This document shows, piece by piece, positions 25,380 to 40,502 of a stretch of 64,000 nt of DNA (positions are counted from its first letter, which is position 1; the number at the start of each line of letters is the position of its first letter). The position numbers and the translations under genes were made by a program. This stretch comes from Octopus sinensis (lineage: Eukaryota): the NCBI RefSeq assembly GCF_006345805.1, contig NC_043005.1, forward strand, positions 96,968,001-97,032,000, read 5' to 3'. A model generated the notes under the pieces. That model worked only from the letters and a program-made list of their open reading frames with translations, searched no databases and was not told where the DNA came from.

Positions 25380-25533
25380 GTAAATATTATTAAGTCGTTC
25401 TCACACGGCATTTGTTAACCTTGGAAATGCGTATGTCTGTTTTCCAAAACATAGACCAAATTCTTATTTCAAGAGAAAGGAAACACGATGTATTTTTCTT
25501 TGATTTTTGATAATAAAGCTACTACTACTACTA

Positions 25534-25570
<37 letters not shown>

Positions 25571-25984
25571 GATAATAACATTAACAACAATCACAAAAAC
25601 AACAACAACGAAAATAGCTGTATAATGTAGATTGTATTTCAAATATTTTTGTCTCTAAACGGTTGTTTTGGAATTGGTCATTTAAGTGTTTCTTCATCTT
25701 GTAATACAAGAAGTAAGCTCGCTCAATTCTCACTCACAACACTTACGTATTGACACACACACACACAAATGTACACACACACATGCACACACACACATAC
25801 AAACACACACATACATACACAAAAGATTGAGAAAAAGAAAAAGAGCCAACTGACAGACAGATGAATATTGATAGATCGACAGACAGTTGCGTGTGTTTCT
25901 GTGTGTGTGCATATGTGTGTCCGTGTGTGTGTGTGTGTGTCCACATTGGCCTGTTATATGCAACGGGTATACGGCTATATTAGA

Positions 25985-27275
25985 ATTTTTGGGGTCTGTT
26001 TCGAGGCAGACCTCCAGTTGGAGAAGAATTGGGACGAGAGCAAACTATCATTGAACGGTTGGACAGGGATGGAAACCGCATTCACTGTCTTCGTTACTAC
26101 CATCGTGCTTTGCCTCAGTTTTCATCTGATCAGGTTGAAGTGTCTGCTCTTTCGTTTCTTTTGAAATGGGATGTGTCCTAGTGGCTTGAAGGCCAAAGTG
26201 CTGCCAACACTTTCCGCGTGAAGGGTTTGGTATACCGCGGCTGATAATACGCACTTGCGTGTGCGCGGCGAGTTGGTTAGGAGTTGGAGCGTTGCATTGA
26301 ATGCCTTAGTTTATTTGTTCCAAGTTTCTGCATTCTGAATACAAATTCTGCGTATCAATTCTGCCAGTATCATCTGCAAGGATTCCTAAACAGTGAAAAG
26401 AGGTCACGTAAACCTTCTCTTTGATCAACGTGTGATCCAGCTTCAATGAAAGACCAAGACTGCGCTGAACACTTGTCATCTTGAATGATGTCAATCGATC
26501 ACAGTTCTTTATCAGTTAGGACAGTTAGGCCAGAAATTTAATGTAAGTTGTTTAAATCACTGCTCAGAAAATTCTCCAGAATAAACCGTTCAGTAGGTCT
26601 CCGTCAATAACCAGTGTCTCCTTAAGAACGTGGTATGTTAACTGTTGCATTTTATAGATGGCTTGTGGTAACCAAGAGCCATAACGTTCTTGGGAAGACT
26701 CCATGGTATCGCCGGAGACCTACGAAACGGTTAATTCCGTTGGATTTTCAGAGTAATGATATAAGGAGCTTTCAGAAAATTCTGGTCCGACTGCCCAAAT
26801 GGTAAAGAAATATAATCGATTGACATCGTTGAAGATGCCAGGTGTTCACTTCAATCTTGGTCTTTGATTGAAGCTGGAACACACGTCGACCAAAGAGAAG
26901 ATTTCTGGCTTGACTGTACTGAAGAATATTGCTAGTTTTGGATAAATTCTACAGATTAGGATAACGACGTCAGCCTGGCTTGTCCATGTGCTCAGGGTGA
27001 CGGAACCATTATACGTCTTTGTCCTGTGTCCCGTTATTGCTGAATTGTGGAATTATGTCAAACAACTGCCATCACGTATAAGACGGATGAAGCTATCACC
27101 GAAGCTCTACCACTTCCTTCAGTTGACTCACTATCTATCCACATAGCGGTCTGGTTCAAAATAAACACCAGGCATCTTAACGGGATGCTGGCCGACTCAG
27201 TTACTCACGATGTTGGCCGACATGAGCATGTTTCTCTCCAGGTGCCGAACTGTAAGCACACCAATGCCCTTGTTT
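25985..27275 (+). mobile_element. Degraded L1/Tx1-clade LINE, 3' part of ORF2
   Basis: RIFGVCFEADLQLEKNW (~KILGVWF..NW), RLKCLLFRFF*NG (~LFRFLWKG) and a zinc knuckle ACP-CAQGDGTII.VFVLCPVIAELWNYV, with many lesions. Confidence 0.75.
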
Positions 27276-27409
27276 AATGCGTGGTCTTGTTATTACCTCG
27301 TATTCCTTAGACGGATCAAAATGCTCAAAATTCCTTGAGGATTTAACTTATAAAAAAATTAGAAGGCTACATAAATTTTATATATCAAATATTTATTTAC
27401 AAATCACGC

Positions 27410-28690
27410 ATCAACATCTACCACCGTCGCCGCCGCCACAACTACCACCACCGCCACTACCACCGCCACCATCATTAACAACAACAGTGCTACCATTGTT
27501 CACTCACCATCTCCTTCTCAGTATCCACAATCCCCTCCTACTCTTAATAAAGTTCCTCCTACTATTTCATTCTCCCTCTCTATACACTACCCCCTCTTCC
27601 TACCCTTCCTTCAGTCGATAATGTGTTTTTGTTTTTGTTGTGTTTTGATTCCCGTCTCTTGACATGAACTAAAGTGCATCATCACCTTCTCGACAACCAC
27701 TAGCAGCAGCGGCAGCAGCAGCAGCAGCAACAGTAGCCCCACCTCCACCAACACCATTAACACCGCCAACCTACGCCACCACTAGTGCTACCACCACTAC
27801 TATACCGCTCCATCCAACTAAAACCACCATCACCACAACCACCAAAACAACCTTTACCTGCACCACTAAACCGCCCTCATCAGCAGCACCACCACCAGCA
27901 CCACCGACAACAACAATCATTGCAGCTGTCATCATCATCAGTAGCAGCAGCAGAACACCCCCCCACCATCACCACCAGTACCACTACCACCACTCATACC
28001 ACTTCTCAACCAACATAATTATCACCGCATCAGTACTGCTACTCAACCCCCACTCCCCACTCCATCATCAACTGGACGACCACCACGGCCATCGTGACCA
28101 CCACCACTAATAATCCTTTCCTTTCTACTAAAGGCACAAGGCCTGAAATTTGGTGGAAGGGCATTAATCGATTACATTGATCCCACTGTTCTACTGGTAC
28201 TTCATTTATCGACTCCGAAAGGATGAATGGCAAAGTCGACCTCGGCGGAATTTGAACTCAGAACGTAAAGACAGACGAAATACGGCTACGCATTTCAACC
28301 AGCGTGCTAACGTTTCTGCCATCTCGCCGCCTTACCACCACCACTAATAATGATACATCACATATTGCCTCGTCCAGCACACTAGCCACCACAATCACCA
28401 TTGCCACATCGACACCACCGCCGCCACCCCACCACCACCACCACCACCACCACCACCACCACACCACCACCACCACCACTACCACTACGACTGACACCAC
28501 CTCTAGTATCTCAGACATCATCACCACCGCCACCACCACCACCACCACCACCACCACAACCACCACCACCACCGCCACCACCACCGCCGCCCCCGCCGCC
28601 GCCGCCACCACCACCACCACCACCACCACCAAATCCGCCGCCGCCGCCGCCGTCTCCTCCGCCTCACCCCACCAAGTCCACCACCAACAT
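27410..28690. repeat. C-rich compound (CAC/CCA/CCG/CAG)n low-complexity tract, interrupted by a SINE
   Basis: Directly visible; source of the poly-P/T/H ORFs. Confidence 0.9.
28115..28333 (-). mobile_element. SINE family A with 18-bp TSD
   Basis: TSD ACCACCACCACTAATAAT at 28097-28114 and 28334-28351. Confidence 0.93.
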
Positions 28691-29089
28691 CACTTCGAAC
28701 CAGGAAAAGGACATCTAAAGTGCAGACCAACTGCACCGTCACATAGACTTGGTATTAAAGTGCAGCGCAGCACCGATCATGTGTTTGCAGTTTTTTTTGC
28801 TGTCGTTGTATTTGTAGTTGTTGTTGTCGTTGTTGTCGGAAACGGCGGCGCCATCATCATCATCATCATCATCATCAAATACCATCATCGTGTTGTTGCT
28901 GCTGTTGCTTTTTGTCATTGATGATTTTAACCATTTGAAAGACGAAACGAAAGATATTTTGCCAAAGTCTTTCGAGAGTCCAGACGGGTAGAAGACATGG
29001 GGGTACGTAATATATAATATATGATAGGCAAGATGGCAGCGGACGTGATATGGCGGCTAGCTGAGATATATTAATCTACTTATCTACAA

Positions 29090-30560
<1,471 letters not shown>

Positions 30561-30934
30561 ACACATACATATAGAATATGAATTAAAAAACAATTAAAAA
30601 AAATTACATGGAATAATGAATTGAACGAAACCGGAAACAGTTCCATTTGTACTCCATTTTCTTTCTTTGATTTGATCTCATTTATTTAGTTTTAATTAAA
30701 TGTAGTTAACCCTAGAAGGTTTGCTGCGTGGGTGAAAGATATATATACATATCATAGAAACGAGCGAATTCCTTTGGTATTTTGTCGTTCGGCGTGTTTT
30801 GTTATTAACACGGATATGTGGGTCAGTGCAACATTTAACTCTTTCCATATTTTCGGGAAGGTGTGTTTGGTGGGGAGCTTCCTCTCTAGCAGTAGACATA
30901 TAGAGCACTTTATCTATCTATCTATCTATCTATG

Positions 30935-31031
<97 letters not shown>

Positions 31032-31201
31032 GCCTGACTGTCTGCCTGTCTGTCTGTCTGTCCGTCTGTATTTGTGAAACCGAATCCAATTGAAATATCT
31101 CGCCGCCGTTTTCCTTTGATTGGATAGAGAAAGATTTCGTCTGTTTGGCAACAGTGGCGAAAGCGATTTTATGGTGGAGAAAATTGAAAATTGAACATTC
31201 A

Positions 31202-31257
<56 letters not shown>

Positions 31258-32066
31258 CGTGTGCATGTGCGTAGGTATTGTTAATATATGTGAAAAACGT
31301 CTATATGTGAAATATTTTTCTTGTAATGTCAGCTCATCAGTCACCAATGTGACAAATGATGACCTCAAACTGACCGTTTCAAAACAAAGGGGCACACACA
31401 CACACACACACACACATTAGCACTGCTAAGCTTTATTATTTCAGTAAGTCTACGGAATCTTTCTAACAGGTAAATACCAAATATGTTCCAAAAATCTTTT
31501 CTCGTCTTTATTGTATTTTCACAATGAAGAAAAAGCCAAACACCACAAGTGCATGTATTAAAACTGGAAGTAGAAATTTGAAAAGAAAGAGACATTTTCA
31601 GTCGTTTAAAATGTATAAAAAGAATATTTTTTTATTGAAGAAATGTATAATGGGATAAGAAAATATCACTTGTTTCCCCTTTTGTGTACCATAAAACAAC
31701 AGTTTATCACAGAAACACCTTGTTTAAACTAAAAGTAAATTTGAGGGGAATTATATCAGGTAAAGTAGAAATGAATATATCATGTCATGCATAAAAAGAA
31801 ATTCTTACAGCGTGGCAAAACTACGAAAATAACTGAGAACAGTTGGATGGTTTCTACAGAAACCCACTTTCACGACTGCAGAGATTCCAAATCTGCAAAT
31901 AAATCGGTATTTGTTCAGTCTGATAATTTTCAGAATTCTCAGCCAATCAGAAAATAGCGCGTTCGCTGCCTCTTCCCCTTATCTTGATCAATCTCTATTT
32001 TGTGGTTAATGAAATTATTACCCCATTTTTTTTAAAAAAAAGGTCTAGACCCAAAGAAGAATAGCA

Positions 32067-32740
32067 ATGTTTTCAAGAGTGTACTTAAGCGGATACCAGA
32101 AACGCCAACTCAAGGAAAAGCAAACTAACGAAATTTCTAAACGTCAAAAACTATCAAATGTCAAATTACAATGTCAAGAAAAAGTTTGTCATCACTCGCA
32201 ACTGAAACAAGCCATGCACGCTCCGGTGAAGTCAATGACAATGCACAAACCATGAGTACCCTGTTGATCCTTTTGGGACAGATGATGATCACAGTGGTCA
32301 AGAACTTCAAGATAAGAGAGAGCAGAAACAGGAAGCAAAGTTAGTGATTTCGAAGAATACAGTAACCTGGCAAACTGGCCCGTAACAATTGATAATGGTT
32401 TTATATAAAACTGTTTAATGCAGTACATCAGTTTTTTTCAAAATAAAAAAAAACCCAGATAATGTATACTGATTCCAACAAGATTTACAAACAGCAAAAT
32501 TGAAGTTTCTCAAACAAGTATTTTGAAAAAAGATTGTAAAATGGTCAGACTATGATGAGATCCTGGTTAGTTTACTCAAAGAACGAAGGCTGTATATACT
32601 GTTTCTTTTGCAAACTCTTTTCTAAGTGCCAAATATCACTTACAACGGATGGGTTTTCTGATTGGGAGAAAAAACTCAGAATTCTATAAAATCATGAACA
32701 CAACATGGAACATTCCAACGATAGAGCTTTATCTCTTTGT
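32067..32740 (+). mobile_element. hAT-family transposase 5' remnant (TTF-type zinc finger)
   Basis: Starts MFSRVYLSGYQKRQLKEK, then FSNKYFEKRL*NGQTMMRSWLVYSKNEGCIYCFFCKLF...TDGFSDWEKKLRIL*NHEHNMEH, which is the ZnF_TTF pattern. Contains stops and frameshifts. Confidence 0.85.
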
Positions 32741-32819
32741 TATAGATCAGCTCCTTCTTTACAGGAAAGAGTTCAATTAATCATAAACAGATGAGAACAT
32801 ACAGACCAAAATGTGACCT

Positions 32820-33010
32820 TGTGTGTACCGTTGGCGATTTTTTTCCTCTGTCTTCCCTTCTCGGGATCTTTCCTTCTCCTATGTTTCCGACGAAGAGCTC
32901 CGCTCGAAACGTTAAACCCTCCTTCTTCCCTTCTTTCCTGAGCATCCAATAATACTATATTTGTTCCACGTCCTCGCGTTGTTGTGTTTTTTTGTATTTT
33001 CTTGTTTGGA
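32820..33010 (+). mobile_element. Penelope-like element terminal-repeat fragment with a minimal hammerhead-like motif
   Basis: GTTT-CCGACGA-A-GAGC-TCC-GCTC-GAAACGT-T-AAAC at 32883-32917, followed by a pyrimidine-rich tail. Confidence 0.6.
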
Positions 33011-33011
33011 T

Positions 33012-33095
<84 letters not shown>

Positions 33096-33103
33096 CGCGT
33101 GTG

Positions 33104-33151
<48 letters not shown>

Positions 33152-33483
33152 TGTGCATGTGCGTATGTATTATTAATATATGTGTATACGTCTATATGTG
33201 TAATATTTTTCTTGTAATATCAGCTCATTTGTCACCCATGTGACAAATGATAACACTATCCGTATTAGTCGCTGTAGTGGAATCATAAGAAGTGTATTTC
33301 TCTCATTAAGAAAACAAAAACGAATTGCTATAATATAATTTACATTAAATGCAAAAAAAAAAGCTGTTAGATTTTAATATTCCTTCACAAGATATGGCGA
33401 AAATGTTATCGGACTGGTTATTTCATTTATCTATATCTATGTCTAATTACATTTTCCGAAAAGCCTTTATGTAATTTGCACAA

Positions 33484-33576
<93 letters not shown>

Positions 33577-34160
33577 GACTCTGTAGTAGTAGCGGTGGTG
33601 GTGGTGATGGTAGAAGACCATAATTTTGCCAAGTTTTCTTTCTTTCAAACGATCCTGCGGTGGTTAGTTTTCCAAAAACAAAACAAGTGACATTTCGTTT
33701 TTAATAAATGTGTGTCATTCGAATCAGAAATTTTATACCGATTCGCATTTCTTTATTGGATAAACAGAAAATTAACTTAGATTATCAGAAGAGATGACAG
33801 TGTTTAACATATCGTTTGGCTGCTTCAAGATAACTGATAACTAATTGCTAAACGACTATTGTATTATAAAAAAAAAAATCAAATCTAAGCAGACAAAAAA
33901 ACCCCCAAAGAACTTTCATCGATTGCAAATGATTTGATTGATAAAAGGTTCGTCTCTTGAATAAGTAGTTTATCGGTTCTTTCCATTTGGCTAGCTATTT
34001 GTTAACAGCTGTCTTTTTATGAAACACGTTGCGTTGATGTTTCAGGCTATTATATGATTGAAAGATAAGACGATAAAATTTTATCTGATGATATGCGTGA
34101 ACGGAGAACATTTGAAAATGTTTGTAATGTATATTATTTACGTTACTCTCTCTCTCTCTT

Positions 34161-34256
<96 letters not shown>

Positions 34257-34269
34257 AAATATGTCACGC

Positions 34270-35203
34270 TACTTTATCAAATAGTAGAATCCCATTAAAC
34301 GCCTTCCATCCGGTCCTTACTCTCCGTGAGATCTCCTTTTCGATATCTCAGCACATATTCACTTCTTGTCCTAGGTAGACATATTCCTTTACCTCCTCTA
34401 TTTCATCACTGCCGATCACCATTCGACCTGTTGGTACGTTGTCTGATCGAATGAACTTCGTTTTCATGCGGTTCATCTTGAAACCTACTGCAGAGCTTTT
34501 GATGTCGAGCTCCGTCAGCATGGTCTGAAGCTGATCCATGGTTTCAGCGATGAGTACGATGTCATCAGCGAAACGGAGGTGGGTGAGTAGCTCGCCATTG
34601 ATGTTGCCAGTCGATGCCTCTGATGATCTGCTCGAGACATGCAGTGAAAAGTTTTGGGGAGATTGTATCTCCTTGCTTCACTCCCTTCTCGACCGGCACT
34701 CGTAAGGGTGATGACAGTAGAGCTATGTCGGTGGTGCATCCGGAATTTGCCTCTCTGAGCAGCTGCACATATTGCGCTTCGATTCCTTGCCTCTGCAGCG
34801 AGTTCAGCACTGCGTTGGTTTCGACGCTGTCGAAGGCCTTCTCACAGTCTACAAACGCAACGCAAAGAGGCAGCTTGAACTCATACTCTCGCTCAAGCAG
34901 TTATGTTAGAGTAAATATATGGTCCATGGTGCTGTAGTTTTTCCGGAAGCCGGCTTGTTCCCTCGGTTGTTGTTCGCCGAGATGACATGATAACCTGTTC
35001 AGAATTATCTTTGTGAACAGCTTGTACACGTGAGACAGCAGGCATATGGGTCGGTAGGTCTTTAGATCTTCTCTATCGCCCTTCTTATACAGCAGGATGG
35101 TATTTGACTCTTTCCACAGCGATGGAATTCTTCCCTCGTCTAGATAGTGCGTGAATCGCTCGGCGAGGATTTTCCAGAGCTGCTCTCTGGAGCTCTGGAG
35201 GTA
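34270..35203 (-). mobile_element. RTE-clade LINE reverse transcriptase fragment, relatively young
   Basis: KKGDREDLKTYRPICLLSHVYKLFTK, QPREQAGFR, FVDCEKAFDSVE, KGVKQGDTISPKLF, LRFADDIVLIAE, EYVYLGQ. Two stops and one frameshift; both ends are bounded by microsatellites. Confidence 0.95.
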
Positions 35204-35274
35204 GATATATATATATATATACAAACATACATACACACACACGCGTGCACACATATGCATATATGCGTGTGTAC

Positions 35275-35323
<49 letters not shown>

Positions 35324-36159
35324 ACCTACATCCTGAAATATTATATCGTCTGGTGCCACTTCAGTAACTCACTGTGAAACCCTAGACCAACTTCACCCAT
35401 TGTTACTTTGGGTGGGGTTTCAGCTAACTGTGCAGAAACAGAAACGACGAGAATATTGCTTCCAAACATAAAGCTATATATATATGTATATACACCAGGA
35501 TGAGAGAAAAGCATTGTTGCTGTAAAAAGCGTCATTCTCAAGAAGACCTTAAAACATTTAGGTCTAATTTCTTGGCACTCAACAACAACGTTCTCATATT
35601 TATCTAATACAATGGGAGTGTGATGTGAAATAAATTTGGCTACTTCTTCTAGCATGTCAAATGATCCTGTAGAGGTTTCTTTGTTGTCTTGTAGACGCTC
35701 GTTTTACGCAACATGGTTTGTTGGGAAAATGAGGTTTTATTGCTTGGTTTGATAAGTGGAATAATTTATTGCTTAGATTAATATGATCCGTGGGATCTAT
35801 CCACATCGAAGCAAATGGGCTAGTATATAATTACTGTATAAACACACCCACACGCACGCGCACACACACAGACACACGTACACACGCACACACGCACACA
35901 TACATGCGCAGAGACGTGCACATACATGTTGGTTAATCAGAAGTGAAAGAATGCCATACCGATAATGCAATCTTGCAGCTATCAGATTACCCGCCTTCAT
36001 ATTGTAATGTTTACATATGCATATTTGAGAATATCAATTTACATAAAAATCTTAGCTATTTTTTATATGATTCAGACATTCATAAATACATAAATACATA
36101 ACTACATGGATGTATCAAGAAAAAGTATGCATGTATATATGTAAATATATATATGTTTC

Positions 36160-36384
36160 TTTATTATCCATAAGGGGCTAAACATAGAGAGGGCAAACAA
36201 GGACAGACAAACGAATTAAGTCGATTACATTGACCCCAGTGCATAACTGGTACTTATTTAATCGACCCCGAAGGATGAAAGGCAAAGTCGACCTCGGCGG
36301 AATTTGAACTCAGAACGTAGCGGCAGACGAAATACCGCTAAGCATTTCGCCCGGCGTGCTAACGTTTCTGCCAGCTCGCCGCCT
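36160..36384 (-). mobile_element. SINE family A, young full-length copy (TTTGTCTGTCCTTGTTTG tail subtype)
   Basis: Near-identical to the reverse complement of 48836-49068. Confidence 0.93.
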
Positions 36385-36559
36385 TTATATATGTATTTAT
36401 ATATATATATGTATGTAAGTGTGCGTGTGTGTGCTGTACGTGCGTATGTATATATACACACATACATACGTGCGTACACACACAGACACACACAAACACG
36501 CACATACATATGTATACACACTCACATTGAGACGTATTGTATCACTGTATCGACCAGAC

Positions 36560-36805
36560 CATCGGATGATGTTATACACCGCTGGTCTCAAAAATCCTCG
36601 CTTGTTGTTGTGGCTTTCGCATTATGGGAATCCACTGCCTTGGTGGGTAAGGTAACATTTTCCCCTGGACGGAACGCCAGTCCATCGCAAGCTTACTCAC
36701 TTACAGCTGAGAGGTCTGAAGCAACATGAAAAGACATTTTGCTCAAGAACATCACGTATTGCTTGTCTGGGAATCCAAATCCCGATTTCGCGATCGTGAG
36801 GGCAA
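36560..36805 (-). mobile_element. Degraded SINE of family C type
   Basis: ACTTACAGCTGAGAGGTCTGAAGCAACATGAAAAGACATTTTGCTCAAGAACA is the reverse of the family C core. Confidence 0.6.
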
Positions 36806-37364
36806 CACACACACACGCACACACATACACACATAAACACACACACACACATACACACATGCACGCACACACACGTGCACAAACACATACACACACACGT
36901 ATATATATGTATATATATATATACACGCACTCATACACATACATATATACGAGTGTGTATTAATCATATATAAATGCATTGATTATACCTACAACAGTCA
37001 TCCTGTAAATGACTACGTCGTATGTATTGATTGTATATGAACACAAAAATCGTATGCAATTGAATGTACACGAATGCACACAGAAACACACACATCTTGA
37101 TAATAGATTGTCTCGATAAGAGACATTTAAGAACTGAGGGCAATTTAAACATTTGTTACAAACAAATATTTTCCTCAGCAAATATGTTGACTGAACTCAG
37201 ACAAGATCCGTAATAGTTTATTTATTGTCATGTATATAACTATGAAGTACTTTTTACTCAGTAAATGTGTATTATTCAGACCAAACTACTCATATATAAA
37301 ATATTTTTCATTATACGTGAATTTTAGTTTCTGCAATCGCGGTTGGTACCAATATTGGTTTCAA

Positions 37365-37545
37365 ATTTTGGCACAAAGCCAGTAATTTGGGGCACGGTTA
37401 AGTCATAGATTCCAGTGTTCAATTAGTGCTTATTTTATTGACCCCAAAAAGTTGAAAGGCAAAGTCAACCTCGGCGGAATTTGAAATCAAAATGTAAAGA
37501 CGGACGCATTTTGCTTGGTGTGCTAAACGAACCTGTGAGCGCGCC
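37365..37545 (-). mobile_element. SINE family A (internally deleted)
   Basis: GAAAGGCAAAGTCAACCTCGGCGGAATTTGAAATC. Confidence 0.8.
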
Positions 37546-38619
37546 ATCTGGCCGGTACTTAATATTAACAACCACCATTACCAACATGAAAATATTAGCA
37601 AATCTGTGACAGATCTAAGGCAGTACATATATTATTCACAATTCACTTATACTATAGTTTGCTGTCAATGAATAAATACTACAGGGACCAGTAAATTGCT
37701 TTGCCTGAAGGCTTATAAAGCTGTTAAGATGACTTTGAAATAGCGTAGACAACAGGCATCTTTCGTTGTCCGAAAAAAATAGCTGTCACAGGCAGTTTTT
37801 GTTAATTTCCTCTTCCGTCATGTTAATCGATTTTTCTGAAGATATTCAAAACCAACCCAAAGCTGCCATTAAATAGAACGGTGATGATGAAAAGAAAGCC
37901 CTAATCTCAACACTAAGTATAAGACTGATCCGGAAGTGGTAGAATTTTAAAATTTCACTAAGCCTTCATTAGATAGCAAACCGCGCAAAACGTTATTGAC
38001 GACATAACCAGACGATATCACTAGAGTTTATAACGAAATATGCAAAGACAAATACTGGATTATCTTTATACAGTTGCTATCACTCTGAAGGAACGTTCGC
38101 CTGTAATGCATTCGATAATGAAATCAATCGACGTAAGTAGCTCAAGTGATTAACAGAGGCAGAATAAAATAACAAAATGCACAATAGAATAAGACATTTG
38201 GATACCACCATAAGTTTTAAGGGGAACAATAATTTCGCTGCACATCATATACATCTCATGAAAACAAAAATGACTAAATTGTAGGGAGATACTACATTCT
38301 AAACTTTTGAAAAGAAGTTAATTTTAACATCGAAAACAGGATGGTGAGTGAAAGAATTCATTATCGATAAGAACTATTTGACGGAGCTAACATTATCCAC
38401 AGTTTTGCTTCTAAACTACAAGTTGTACATTGGAAGATGAAAAGAAAAGCGGCATCGCTGCAAAAGAGGTCTTTCTTGGGAGGTCTTAAAAGTATTTTGT
38501 TCTTCATAGTTCTGGAATGGAAAGAAGGATTTAAAATGTAATGCATCAGGGGTAAATATACTTTGGGAGCAATACTGTACCAGCAACAATAGTAAAACAA
38601 TGCAAAAACGTACAGTATA

Positions 38620-39047
38620 GGCGCAGGAGTGGCTGTGTGGTAAGTAGCTTGCTTACGAACCACATGGTTCCGGGTTCAGTCCCACTGCGTGGCACCTTGG
38701 GTAAGTGTCTTCTACTATAGCCTCGGGCCGACCAAAGCCTTGTGAGTGGATTTGGTAGACGGAAACTGAAAGAAGCCCGTCGTATATATGTATATATATA
38801 TGTGTATGTGCGTGTTTGTGTGTCTGTGTTTGTCCCCCCCCAACATCACTTGACAACCGATGCTGGTGTGTTTACGTCCCCGTAACCTAGCGGTTCGGCA
38901 AAAAGAGACCGATAAAATAAGTACTAGGCTTACAAAGAATAAGTCCTGGGGTCGATTTGATCGACTAAAGGCGGTGCTCTAGCATGGCCACAGTCACATG
39001 ACTGAAACAAGTAAAAGAGTAAATGAGTAAAGAGAGTAAAGAGAGTA
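38620..39047 (+). mobile_element. tRNA-derived SINE, family B, full length
   Basis: Head GGCGCAGGAGTGGCTGTGTGGTAAG, B-box GGGTTCAGTCC, GCACCTTGGGTAAGTGTCTT core, internal TA/TG linker, (AAGAGT)n-like tail. Confidence 0.92.
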
Positions 39048-39059
39048 TCAACTTTTGAA

Positions 39060-39900
39060 ACGCTAACATAAGCTGTGAAGAAGTACCAGGGATGCCCCTA
39101 ATAACTAGATACTGGTGCAAGTTGGTGACGTTCTACAAAATGTCACCAACATGTTTATTTAATAGAATTATGGAAGTCCAAATTGATATACCACAAAAAA
39201 AAATTAAATGAATTCCCCTAAGAATAGTGTTAGTTCAACGATGCGTGTGCAGGTGGAAAGAAAAGCTTATGGGGACGTGCCGAACAACTTTTGTCCAAAT
39301 TGAAACGAAACATCACAGAAACCTTGTGACAATAGAATGACTTAATTACAAAGAGGCGTGTAATATTATTCCCATCTCATGGTTCCTGGAATCAATGCAT
39401 TTGCTGAATGTAACTGCTGTCTTAGTTGCTGCTATTAAATTGCTTACAAAAACTTGCTTCACGACACACACCCAGATAGCTAAAAGTCGAACGACTGTAT
39501 AAAGTGTTATATATTTTCAAAAGGAATATTATAATGAGACAGTCTTGTGTTTCTTTTTATTTTGGCATTAAGTCTGCTGTCATATTTTTTATAAAATTAT
39601 TCACTCCTTATGTAACATGATCTACCACAGCAAAAGACAATAATGTGCACAATTCCTTCGTGGGCGATTTAAAGATCTGTGCTGGAAATATTTACAATGC
39701 CGCGGGACAGTTAGAGTTAATAATATCTTCAACAGATATTAGGTTGGAACTTGGTCCAAAGAAATGTTCACATTTGATAGAGGAGCACAAAAAGAAACCA
39801 AAAATAAATTTTTACATCAATGATCTTTCTGTCTCTCCTGCTGCAGCACAGGAGACCACAAATATGCATGTATTGAAGAAAATGTTTATATGAAGATGTT
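39060..39900 (+). mobile_element. Degraded R4/Dong-like RT region (may extend 5' to ~37600)
   Basis: KAYGDVPNNF/GRAEQLL (~GCTEQLL), HNSFVGDLKICA (~HNFFVDDLKLY) and RLELGPKKCSHL (~GM.FG.DKCA). Confidence 0.65.
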
Positions 39901-40003
39901 GTTAAATATGACAATTGGAATTCTGCTCTTACATTTTTTAAAATTGCTTTGGAAGAAAAGACTGTATATGCAGTAAAGATATAAACCCTGATTTTAAGTT
40001 CAG

Positions 40004-40213
40004 GACGGTTTTTTTGTGGAACAATATGCTTATCATATCTGAGGAGTAGCAGCCGGAATGTTCGCTTTTGCATAAATCTTGGAGTGGTCTATTACTTTCC
40101 ATCTAATCATGAAATTATTGATGTTTTGGACTTGAACACGTTTACGGCTACTATTATTGCTGCATTACTGAGAGAGTGCATGCTTGTTGAACCTAAATTT
40201 AAATGTGTTGGTT
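40004..40213 (+). CDS. Ig-domain protein, third coding exon (Ig F-strand plus Cys-containing region)
   Basis: The phase-1 acceptor ctgattttaagttcAG gives G-RFFC, completing the G-x-[YF]-x-C Ig motif 50 aa after the first Cys. Continues GTICLSYLRSSSRNVRFCINLGVVYYFPSNHEIIDVLDLNTFTATIIAALLRECMLVEPKFKCVG. A donor GTATGT lies at 40214, but the frame stays open to a TAA at 40300. Confidence 0.72.
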
Positions 40214-40448
40214 GTATGTATGCAGAGTACGAGATAGAGGGTGTTGACAGTGAAAATATCGGCAATATATATGACAGATTTTGCAGTACAAATCTCATCT
40301 AAGAAGCATCTTGTAGAGCTAGTGCATTTGCATACACTAAACGAGTCAAAGAATCTCTACCTTTGATTCTGACTAATTATAATGCAAAATGTGGTGTACT
40401 GCTCTAACTAAAGTTTATATTGTTTCGATTGAAGATTTTATGGTGCAG

Positions 40449-40502
40449 GTAGTTGTGAGGAAAGTGTGTATGAGATAGTCTCACGAATGTTTGGTCATAC
40501 TG
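40449..40502 (+). CDS. Candidate next exon ((C)SCEESVYEIVSRMFGHT-G)
   Basis: Acceptor ttttatggtgcAG at 40448 is phase-compatible with the 40214 donor. Donor G|GTACAT at 40503; an alternative is AA|GTAGAC further on. Confidence 0.4.

Noticed and set aside
28698-28921. Alternative phase-1 exon GKGHLKC... as the Ig continuation
   Set aside because: The acceptor is weak, the frame runs into GTT/CAT microsatellites, and the motif match is poorer than at 40004.
35341-35700. Minus ORF MLEEVAKFISHHTPIV... and plus acceptor at ~35693
   Set aside because: No recognisable domain and no phase-consistent splice partners.
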